Source: Candidatus Saccharimonadota bacterium (GTDB lineage Archaea > Nanohalarchaeota > Nanosalinia > Nanosalinales > Nanosalinaceae). From it: a stretch of DNA of 32,000 nucleotides. Position numbers and translations under genes: made by a program. The stretch covers positions 270,001-302,000 of the forward strand of contig CP012986.1 of the NCBI GenBank assembly GCA_001761425.1. Direction: 5' to 3'. Positions 18,701 through 23,093 of this stretch are shown piece by piece (within the stretch, counting starts at the first letter, position 1; every line of letters starts with the position of its first letter). A model generated the notes under the pieces. The model saw nothing but the letters and a program-made list of their open reading frames with translations. It was not told where the DNA came from and searched no databases.

Positions 18701-18911
18701 CGAGTCTCCAGAATCCTTGTAGCTCCTCAGTGTCTGTACTGTTTTGATATCCTATGCCTAGATCGCCTGAATTATCTTTTCTATCGGCTGTGGAAAGGTC
18801 AAAGAGGCCTTCCTGCCAGTCGCTCTGTGAAGTGAACGTTGTTGTGCCTGCGAGCACCGCTGGCACCAGTATCACTGTCAGAAGTGAGAGAAAAAGGTTC
18901 TTTTTTTTCAT
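6738..18911 (-). CDS. Giant (4,057 aa) multidomain cell-surface protein / putative adhesin with a C-terminal TM anchor and cytoplasmic coiled-coil tail
   Basis: Uninterrupted 12,174-nt ORF. Signal peptide MKKKNLFLSLLTVILVPAVLAG. LamG/ConA-like motifs (GFTLNAWVKPD ... SWTMITATYN..AELYFN..IDEVKAYNNSLSSSEIERLF). FG-GAP-like D-x-D-x-DG repeats (ADYDQDGSIE, GAGDFDDDEREE, ADYDGDGQKD, DLDNDGEVE). Seven propeller-like blades, more than 20 Ig/FN3-like modules, and CARDB-like modules. The C-terminal part is a helical stalk, a TM helix (7176-7253) and a 145-aa cytoplasmic tail. N-x-S/T sequons are very dense. Confidence 0.9.
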   Translation of the reverse strand: MKKKNLFLSLLTVILVPAVLAGTTTFTSQSDWQEGLFDLSTADRKDNSGDLGIGYQNSTDTEELQGFWRLDTTSGGVTDYSGTGNSGEIYGALRDVPGIFGTNAMEFQGSADEVVIPDSSSLDLNEGFTLNAWVKPDETLGVRPSMSSNPEIIGKGDSYSLRIEDENYIAFSQNSNLKLMNSTGHISNLGIETSVIGPLADYDQDGSIEIPYVDGSGNLNTVDESGSTTNLASGAKASRSTLGAGDFDDDEREEIYFIDSSTSELTEYDFYSGSASVVGSGITATAVSGVADYDGDGQKDVIYLDGSQTVSWWNGTQIQSTGKSVAGENNFQYWIGGTAGPEVEKYEDGSWTDLSGKNNAPINSIYSGTDTNSGYFLGGGGGEVTKWDGSFTDLAGGPANQVRSLSSNKTHLLATAGTSVYTYSLQSGTWTDHGGVKSGPSMYGSAHSYGSDQIGDYWLVGHSRTGGTPKARLSKFDSTGFTRISDPVFGNPVRKIGFNGTHYLGGGGGGNIGIYDGSDWSQPNTNNPITNNGKTIYSIEWGTVDGDSFWLVGGGGYLIKIQEDGTVTDLGKPTGSTIYSIEYKASSEKFFIGDGSGNVLKYDSGGLTDTGNTNFGNSLRTLIYNPSSAVKKMGAPSDLDNDGEVEVPIVNGNSNLALVPDSGSMNTIDSSYENAENSPLGTVDRTGTPSEEIIHINSNSDTLYLSDLSGNEQPVERNDGTSVTGVDQSPGISAGSTSNSIPVLRINGQSILNRGVQGLKRGSWTMITATYNASTGTAELYFNSTLTESKSTGLGTVNSNSKDFKIANGKLNASIDEVKAYNNSLSSSEIERLFFNGSDGQFDGSYNSSTIKPEGKKSWNNIALDANISAETSLSATVYSLDSSNNILNTENIAVSDGLNNYSISGLENSKKVNFSFDGYSTDIKDTWEIFGTDLHYEESFVVGNSTENPFSDQHKFNISATARGADSDGQFQDCTAYYHTDRFTGYSSVENGGGTPASLNKAFGDSETASCNATISRELFGVSYPDQDEITFKFNFTDNDGYTKTTENRTKSLPNNQPQINNTDRKVSGLDHKFNFSAVGYDRDQGSSEIQSCTVYAEDGDSNTNTLGSLDTAYGGTDQASCNATITDSLTGFSVGESIQVHADFTDVAGATKSTSIYSETIPNHNPTVETGPTVEKASGEHAFNVSAVGADSDSDSTEINSCTVYAEDGDGNTEIISGSGPLNQNFGTTDQASCNTSISNSIENFTVGESITVNVKFSDRHGAETQNATGTQEIPNEAPNKPTDINMSYFLSSKEDLDHLLDQTPEINWTNPTDPEGDQITVKAYTGQSSNPTQLDNQTNSSNKLTLGQNIGLNDGTTYNVSLKACDQYACSNYTTNTEFTVNQEPSINSVGLNDSSPTGNDIVDLEANITDNQDNIKWTNFTVHNQTAGTQIYSNTNGSLNKGLWKSDSFKVLAGNTYNWTLDTSDGYQTSSNTGTFSVSNSAPEIVQGLTATDFSNAHKFNASAVAYEPDGEINIDKYNITLKDGDGNQETFSRQVNKAYGTSSEVAANFSNVNSSIQGFEVKEEISASIKFIDKEGKTATTSGTNRIPNKAPEIPQNLSMTYFLNENADIDHVIDQTPEINWSNPDDAEDDSVTVKAYTGQSSSPTSLDNSLNIGTNYGSSSSFSLGNSVSLSDGNSYNVTLIACDSYECSSRSDNIEFRMNEEPVIENTALNDSSPTGSDFVKLLSNVTDNEDSISNVEFKVWNEDDNTKVLTDVSGEVQNGEWNSEKFEVFASKSYNWTVNATDGYQHAVGTGSFSVPNTAPSMVSGPSFQDYSTGHKFNVSAVANDVDGQVNFANYTIQLNDGEKVYEYTRDVTESHGGPEEVAANFSNVNSSIQGFEVGETVFVTVISRDKSGETTQNFESHNIPNHAPDPATNINMSQLLEPGTDLQHVVDQNPEIKLTTGSDPDNDNLSFKVFTGSSADPTAVDRDILVTENNYTTSREIELGKQVNLNDGTTYNFSVEACDTFGSCTSKRVIQEFHTNQEPTFNSVELNKSSSELSDGDEVHLTANISDAESDSIERANFTAYNQSDNDVLVDSVNGSINQNGNWISDTWKVSTGTTYNWTVNTTDSYETSETSGTFKTNNSNPEIVSGPSFDDITGKHAFNVSAVVKDDDGDGDLLDYTLVLEDRDGNQETVEESITDTEFGDSTEASITYSNVNTSIENFSVGDDIETTITARDDAGATAETPTRSYTIPNEVPGKPKTPNMTHFLQEKADLNHVIDHTPEINWTTPTDPEQDRITVKAYTETSPNPQELDDTTTQDNKLTLGQNVEILDGDTYNVTLKACDPYGCSGYTDNIEFTMNQEPFIESVETNSSSITGSDSLNLEANITDSQDSIEWVNFTVYNQTAGTQIYSNTNGSLNKGLWNSDKWETKAETTYNYTVNVSDGYQPTSTTGTVTVNNQQPEITGLSTANYDKGHKFNISAKATDADGAINIEHFNITVSDGDGNQEEIKASVNRSFGGEDEAALNYSNINSTYFKSFEVEETLSIDAEAIDKSGASASSSTENSIPNHVPELPQNLDLEVGNQNYVVNHTFDINWTNPSDKDGDNLTVKAYLGTSQNPLTVENRTEISSTDYTQPDELEIGGNNVNLQDNEDYVIDLLACDNWGCTGRDTNASFHMNQEPRIESVEINESVSEEAEWIKLIANVTATDNPLAATFYEVWNQSSPQKIVDEKIDSTSGETWNSSAFYGKSLETYNWTFKASDSFENSTLTDQFKVGNADPEITRGTETSNLKNEHGFNISAKIRDLNGDSDLDNYTVIADDGENTTRYTENFSEDGDEYAWANYSNINSSTNGFEVGETVSVQIIARDEQGLKAYSSTVSNTIPNRAPVITSINLKPDQPTTEDTLNVSYTVQDPEEDQITNSFYEWKSNSSTITSDTVTPADTEKGQHWNLSLQIVDEYNTLSQENKSPETLPIQNSPPEIAKRQEIENITGEHAYTVSTVTQDPNGEKDLKNNCEALIQHGNNNKTVEKKIDTTYTGSKKAKCSYTVNASKTTWLKPEEKVNTTFTFNDTDKAQVTSNTKTGKIPNNKPSIENLKAPENNSKTNKTEITFKWEASDPENDNLEYKLEIFNETQKINTSTRLTQPQETIKGLKSSNLSWKVTATDRFDGKKLTTTTSDRSNVLADSKAPVPVKGPQIEVLNSTRTAPLQNQSVKCYSKWSDNFELGDAEIYDNSTEENTSISKQEFSSGWANRTIEASELKAGNRKCSFQVSDHLNNPGSSRISFDVEDIEKPNITGFNHTPETQKDLDPNKSIQVNATITDNLELDNVSLLYRKKGGKWKQGDLTSSGDLYTGNFTPGDDGETYEFKYEANDTYGNEISKKKSVNISWDYTWSRTPAEYSGSSTLENNLIDYTPTKIENTGDFPLKYSITKVEDPNLELQTDRTNLTVPAQESEALDIEAYLEDTSADNEGIYSFQIKMEPYNETSSPESEGIEGQATFTLDAAFFSIEKGDGFPLSINQGADNVELPVDTTNIGTEKSESTEIDYSLPSEWSLSSTSKPKTQNLENISVDEKTDSSVSINVPEDASTGTKNINITTSTGNRSFIQTFQIEVSENRTTTIIEEDSGGAITTPSDGQTNQEQVSEASDRIFNTTKNFELVRGQDQNFSVVFTNPTEFNLSNITVEASGFRSQYLDLKKEYIDSLEVNDSENISVEITAPDFFASSSFDIDFQISGTGYDPEAFINPYFDFTLNKQVGLEIHEISETAAQNLTEEMKGLKKKLNSSGIPDTEIEKILSDAEEDIQEGEYGTVQDRYEKAENIYETATDTQEGLEELGKQIDSAEMQGLDVTQAKRMANLAEEALERGAYDTSMNRLEEARNLYQLETKGEVNYIYLIASNWKKILLGLLLASVTGIIAYYRYRLYRIESRLEEIDQEENSIHEMKKQDQKEAFEQGDMSINEYEDAAEDYNEDLIQLIEERTKLESKKANITNFREEDSLRQQRDKLKDIIRDTQEDYVKGDIADTGMYETKVEELTEKLSTIESRLAEKEAKSRHKSSRIPFR
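11667..11749 (-). repeat. Near-identical DNA patch (copy 2) shared with 14568-14650
   Basis: ccagaggcctttgtttagtgatccgtttgtgttgctgtagat[c/t]tgtgttcctgcggtctggttgt.. has 5 mismatches over 83 nt against the copy 2,901 nt away. Flanking DNA of the same modules is much more diverged. Both copies encode AGTQIYSNTNGSLNKGLW. Confidence 0.85.
14568..14650 (-). repeat. Near-identical DNA patch (copy 1) shared with 11667-11749
   Basis: See the partner entry. The offset of 2,901 nt equals three super-repeat units. Confidence 0.85.
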
Positions 18912-19020
18912 TCTCTAGGCCTTCCCCGGATTTAGGTGATGGAGAGAAAAGTAATTCTCGGGTTTTAGGCCTTTATTCATGTTTGAGTTATGCGTTTCGC
19001 TCATTAAAATATATTGATAT

Positions 19021-19506
19021 CTAGGTATTGTTTCTCTCATATCTTACGAAGGCATAACCGTCTCTTTCATCTCTCTTGGTCTCTTTCCATCTTTCTTTAT
19101 TCCACTCTGGGAAGAAAGTATCGCCGTCGACTTCGCGGTGAACTTCTGTCAGGATAATCTCGTCCGCGTTTTTAAGAGCCTTCTTATACACTGAAGCCCC
19201 GCCGATTACGAAGGCCTTGTCGTTCAGTTCATCTGCTATCCGGTAGGATTCTTCGACACTGTTCGCAATTTTTACACTCTCGTTCTCTGGCCTGAATCCT
19301 GATCTGGTGAGTACTATGTTGGTTCTTCCGGGTAGAGGCCTCACGTTTTTGGGGAATGACTGGTATGTTTTCCTGCCCATTATTACCGGATGGTTCATAG
19401 TTGTCTGTTTGAAGTGCTTCATATCTTCTGGGATGTCCCAGGGTATCTCTCCGTTTTTTCCTATAGCTCTGTTTTCTGATACTGCTGCGATAATTATTTT
19501 CTTCAT
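19021..19506 (-). CDS. folA: Dihydrofolate reductase
   Basis: From Met35 of the track ORF: MKKIIIAAVSENRAIGKNGEIPWDIPEDMKHFKQTTMNHPVIMGRKTYQSFP..LPGRTNIVLTR..FVIGGASVYK, the classic DHFR signature. The longer start at 19608 would overlap the upstream gene. Confidence 0.85.
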   Translation of the reverse strand: MKKIIIAAVSENRAIGKNGEIPWDIPEDMKHFKQTTMNHPVIMGRKTYQSFPKNVRPLPGRTNIVLTRSGFRPENESVKIANSVEESYRIADELNDKAFVIGGASVYKKALKNADEIILTEVHREVDGDTFFPEWNKERWKETKRDERDGYAFVRYERNNT

Positions 19507-19513
19507 GGTCTGT

Positions 19514-20314
19514 CTACCTGTCGTTTTCCGAGAATTCGAGGAAGTCCTGGAGGTTTTCGATGGATTCAGCGTGTTTAACTGCTCTTGTGAATTCCTGTAT
19601 GCTTTCAAGCTCTATGGAATCCGGTATGTATCCTTTTCGGTCACTGTAGTTTTCTATGAGGCCTGCTGCTGCAAGTCCTGATAATACGATACCTATTTCT
19701 GATGCTCTTACATTTTCTACTTTTGCCTCTAGGTGTTTTGTTCTGAATAGGCCTGATTTTTCTGTCTTGATTTCCTCTAAGGCGGTGTAGACATCGTCTA
19801 TGTTTCTTCTCAGCTTTCCGTACTCCTGTGCTCCAATTTCCTGTATCTCTGGATCTATTTCTGGTTTTCTTCTGTCTGCCACGTCTTTCATCTTTTCTAT
19901 GCTTTCCGCAGCATTGTTGAACCTGTCATACTTTCTGAGTTTGTTTATGAACCCTGAGTAGAGGCCTTCCTCCTTTGCTGTAGGGTTTTCCTCCAGGATT
20001 TTTTCCGCGATTTCTTCGTCTTCCGGTGTTTCTCTCTGGGGTTCCACGTCCAGTCTGTATTCTATTCTCTCCCAGGCTTTTCCGTTAAGAAGTACAGCCT
20101 CCCAGGTTTTCGGGGCGTTACCTGTCATCAGGATGTGGTCGGTGCCTTCTTTCTCAACCATGTGTCTCAGGGCCTTTCCTACTTTCTGCGGACTGTATTC
20201 GTCAAGTCTATCAGCAATATCGTTGCTTGTGAACGAAGAAGCTTCTTCACTGCTGTAAGTCTCTATTTCGGGGAGTAAATCTTCGTAGAATCTTTCCTCC
20301 CAGCTCTTGGCCAT
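19514..20314 (-). CDS. Hypothetical acidic protein (266 aa), possibly with winged-helix-like ends, embedded between thyA and folA
   Basis: Its ATG (20312-20314) shares one base with the thyA stop TAA (20314-20316), giving TAATG. Its stop is 7 nt before the folA start. I recognise no family signature. SNDIADRLDEYSPQKVGKALRHMVEKEG and EIGIVLSGLAAAGLIENYSDRKG look HTH-like, but only weakly. Confidence 0.6.
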   Translation of the reverse strand: MAKSWEERFYEDLLPEIETYSSEEASSFTSNDIADRLDEYSPQKVGKALRHMVEKEGTDHILMTGNAPKTWEAVLLNGKAWERIEYRLDVEPQRETPEDEEIAEKILEENPTAKEEGLYSGFINKLRKYDRFNNAAESIEKMKDVADRRKPEIDPEIQEIGAQEYGKLRRNIDDVYTALEEIKTEKSGLFRTKHLEAKVENVRASEIGIVLSGLAAAGLIENYSDRKGYIPDSIELESIQEFTRAVKHAESIENLQDFLEFSENDR

Positions 20315-21411
20315 TACTCCGCCACCGAAAACTCGAGGCCTCCATGGGGATCATAACCTTCCAGCTGGAAATCTTTGTACTCCAGTTCGTCTATACTTTT
20401 TTGTGGAAGATGCATCTCAGGCCTTTCCCGGGGTTCACGTGAAAGCTGTTTCAAAAGGTTTGGAATGTGATCGAAGTTTTCCTCGCCTTCTTTTTCATCA
20501 GGTGCTTCTTTCTCGATCCATTCCTTGATGTCAAGGTATTCTTCTCTATCTGAGGCCTCTCTCATCTTTTCCTTGAGCTTTTCAGTGTTTTCCTGGTACC
20601 ATTCTCCTCTCTTGCCTTTGCCGCAGTAGATATGGCTGTCGACGATGGTGTGGGAGAAAGTTCCTGGCTTGAAATCAGTCTGTTTGGCTATTATTTTGGT
20701 TATCAGGGCGTAGGCTGCGATGTTGAACGGTATTCCGAGTGCGGTGTCTCCTGAACGCTGTGTCAGGTGTGTGTTAAGTTTTCCGTTCTGTACGTTCATC
20801 ACCCAGGTGAAATGGCATGGCGGGAGTTTCGAGACCGCTGCGTTAGCCGGATGCCAGGCATTGATGATAATTCTTCGTGACTCTGGACCTCTGTACGGGT
20901 GATCTCCGTTCAACGTATCGATCGCGTACTGTATCTGGTCGAAAGTTTTTCGCCCGTCTTTTTCCTCGTTAATCCAGCGTGAGATGCCTTCTCTGATCTC
21001 TTCATCCTGGAGGTTGTACTGTTTTTCAGCTTTATCCATCCATTTTTCCTGGTTTGTCGGCCACCACTCGCCTTCAAGCACGTCTTCGCCTTCTGGTATC
21101 GGGTAGCGTCTCCAGAAACGTCCGTATGCGGTTGGTAAAAGGCCTTTTTCGTCCGCCCATGCGTCCCAGATCTTGGTGTGTTCTCTCAGGTTCTTTGTGT
21201 GTTCCTCGCCGGTGAAGTACCAGAGAAGTTCGTGTATGAGGGAGTTCCAGCGGTATCCGGACAGATCTTTGGTTGTAAGGAGAGGGAATCCTTCCTGGAG
21301 ATCTATCTTGTAGTGCTGTGAGAAGCTGGATATAGTATCTGCGTCTGTCCGGTTTTTCTTGTAGTTTCCGTTCTTTATTATGTTCTTTACCAGTTGCTGG
21401 TACTGTTCCAA
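20314..21411 (-). CDS. thyA: Thymidylate synthase (ThyA type) with two ~45-50-aa insertions; TTG start
   Basis: MEQYQQLVKNII..NRTDADTISSF..FPLLTTK..IHELLWYFTG..IWDAWAD..SRRIIINAWHP..LPPCH (catalytic Cys at 20815-20817)..QRSGDTALGIPFNIAAYAL..DSHIY..LSREPR..EGYDPH aligns with the E. coli ThyA sequence as I remember it. The extra segments are 20947-21093 and 20473-20622. Confidence 0.9.
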   Translation of the reverse strand: MEQYQQLVKNIIKNGNYKKNRTDADTISSFSQHYKIDLQEGFPLLTTKDLSGYRWNSLIHELLWYFTGEEHTKNLREHTKIWDAWADEKGLLPTAYGRFWRRYPIPEGEDVLEGEWWPTNQEKWMDKAEKQYNLQDEEIREGISRWINEEKDGRKTFDQIQYAIDTLNGDHPYRGPESRRIIINAWHPANAAVSKLPPCHFTWVMNVQNGKLNTHLTQRSGDTALGIPFNIAAYALITKIIAKQTDFKPGTFSHTIVDSHIYCGKGKRGEWYQENTEKLKEKMREASDREEYLDIKEWIEKEAPDEKEGEENFDHIPNLLKQLSREPRERPEMHLPQKSIDELEYKDFQLEGYDPHGGLEFSVAE

Positions 21412-21514
21412 AAGAAGTTTTCCCCTCTAGAAAGATTTTGAGCCAGATAGTTTTATTCTTGACCCCTCCGAGTTCACCAGTAGGTTAAAACCTGCTGCAC
21501 AACAATTTCAATCC

Positions 21515-22246
21515 GTGGAGATACCCCGGATATTTGAGTCCCGTCAGAAGGAGAAGAAAGCTCTCAAATACCTGCTTGTGATCGCATTAGTTGCTGTAGC
21601 AGGATACTTCTTCGCAAGGCCTTACCTGGGAATACTGTTTGATGTCGAGCAGATGAGGAACTTTATCGAGGGCTTCGGCATCTGGGGGCCTCTCGTCCTG
21701 ATACTTTTACAAGCGGGTCAGGTCATAATCGCGCCGATACCTGGTCCTGTCACCGGTGCAGCAGCTGGCTATGCTTTTGGAGTTTTCTGGGGCACGATCT
21801 ACGGTTTTATAGGCCTGGCGATAGGAAGTACTGCAGCGATACTTGGGGCGAAGATCTATGGCAGGCCTTTCGTCGAGGATGTTATTGCAGATGAAACCAT
21901 GGATAAATTTGATTACCTTGCCGATGAACACGGTTTCCTGCCGTTCTTCCTTCTTTTCCTGCTCCCAGGATTTCCGGACGATGCGATCTGCTTCCTCGCA
22001 GGCCTCACAGATATAGATACGGAGAAATTGATCCTGATGGCAAGTTTCGGAAGAGTGCCTGGCCTTCTATCGTTGACGGTTTTTGGCAACAGCCTGGCGC
22101 TGGGTGACATGAAGGTCATGTTCCTAACCGGTGGGATAGTGATCCTGGTCAGCTCAGGAGCCTGGTATGCACGTGAAACCGTTGTGAAGCCGGGAGAACA
22201 GGTCAGGAATCCGGTTAAAGCTGTGAAAAAGAGACTCCAGGCCTAA
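21515..22246 (+). CDS. DedA / TVP38-TMEM64 (SNARE-associated) family membrane protein
   Basis: Multi-TM ORF with GPLVLILLQAGQVIIAPIPGPVTGAAAGYAFG..G..IGSTAAILGAKIYGRPFVE...LLPGFPDDAICFLAGLT, typical of the family. GTG start as given by the track; the start is uncertain. Confidence 0.65.
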   Translation: MEIPRIFESRQKEKKALKYLLVIALVAVAGYFFARPYLGILFDVEQMRNFIEGFGIWGPLVLILLQAGQVIIAPIPGPVTGAAAGYAFGVFWGTIYGFIGLAIGSTAAILGAKIYGRPFVEDVIADETMDKFDYLADEHGFLPFFLLFLLPGFPDDAICFLAGLTDIDTEKLILMASFGRVPGLLSLTVFGNSLALGDMKVMFLTGGIVILVSSGAWYARETVVKPGEQVRNPVKAVKKRLQA

Positions 22247-22328
22247 AAACAAGTTTATAAATAACTTTCGCTTGAATGTTACCTAAAGGTGGTCAAAGAT
22301 TTCAGGTTCGGATTCTCTTTTAGCTGGA

Positions 22329-23093
22329 TTGTTCCACCATGATATCGCCTCTACTATTACCTTGATGGATTCTGCTCTGGAAGATGAGGACTATGATCTT
22401 TTAGGGTTATGGGATCTTCCGGAAGACGAAAGAAGAGAGGTCAGAAATGCTTACAGCACCCTTGAAAGAGTCTATGAAGGCCTTGAACAGGGGACGCATC
22501 TGCAAGAGTTCTCTGAGGAATTCGAGGAGCTTGCAGGGTACCGTGAAAGATTTGCGGGTGATGTAGGAGACCAGTTCGAGGAGGTAGGACAGCTAAGTGA
22601 GTACGTATCTATGTACCTTGATGAGTTCGAGGACTCGGCTGAGAATGAGATGGAGCTCGGTCATATGATGATGCCTTTGGAAAAGCTGGGTGCGGAAATA
22701 CAGTATAACGGGAACCAGGAGTCAAAAGTAAGAGGAGATCCAGGCCTGTGTCTTGTCACAAATACTGTAGCAGAGAACGCGGAGAAATACGGCGGAGATG
22801 AACAGGATTACAGGCTCTGGGCAGATATAGAGGAACTTTCTGAAGGCTACGAGATCGAGATATGGGATAACGGCCCGGGAATACCTGAAGACATTGACGG
22901 AGAAAAATTGTTCCAGAAAGGAGTAGGAAAAGGAACAGGAGAAGGCCTTCACTACGCCTCGGAAATAGTAGATCTTTTCGGAGGAGAGATAGAGCATCCA
23001 GACTATCTACAGGAAAGAGAAGGCGGATACGGCCTCAGAATCCAGCTACAGAAATCTAGTGAGGCCTCCGAAGAATTAGTACCTCACACCTGA
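22329..23093 (+). CDS. Soluble minimal histidine-kinase-like protein (H-box plus HATPase_c), with no sensor domain
   Basis: FHHDIASTI (H-box-like) sits at the extreme N-terminus. N-box AENAEKYG, G1 box IWDNGPGIP, G2 box GTGEGL. TTG start per the track; the frame is open only from 22287. The 3' end overlaps convergent glyA by 18 nt. Confidence 0.6.
   Translation: MFHHDIASTITLMDSALEDEDYDLLGLWDLPEDERREVRNAYSTLERVYEGLEQGTHLQEFSEEFEELAGYRERFAGDVGDQFEEVGQLSEYVSMYLDEFEDSAENEMELGHMMMPLEKLGAEIQYNGNQESKVRGDPGLCLVTNTVAENAEKYGGDEQDYRLWADIEELSEGYEIEIWDNGPGIPEDIDGEKLFQKGVGKGTGEGLHYASEIVDLFGGEIEHPDYLQEREGGYGLRIQLQKSSEASEELVPHT

Noticed and set aside
6738-18911. About 40 ORFs of 60-150 aa on the plus strand, or in other minus-strand frames, inside the giant gene (for example 7271-7585, 9352-9801, 9388-9795, 12037-12402, 15025-15438, 16930-17292, 18548-18835).
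   Set aside because: All are fully nested in the 12.2-kb ORF. Their translations are low-complexity and Leu/Ser/Phe/Val- or Arg-rich, as is typical of antisense or off-frame shadows. None has a start context or a recognisable motif.
6738-18911. Is the giant protein a SPEARE-type protein (serine protease / adhesion / restriction endonuclease), as reported in Nanohaloarchaeota?
   Set aside because: I could find no subtilisin or trypsin catalytic motifs and no PD-(D/E)xK- or HNH-like nuclease motifs. Only adhesion-type domains are evident. HMM searches are needed to be sure.
23076-23093. 18-nt convergent overlap of the histidine-kinase-like gene and glyA, and the 4-nt convergent overlap TTAG at 5411-5414 (TAG for the plus gene, TAA on the minus strand).
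   Set aside because: Both are real in the sequence but are ordinary consequences of tight gene packing. There is no evidence of a regulatory role.
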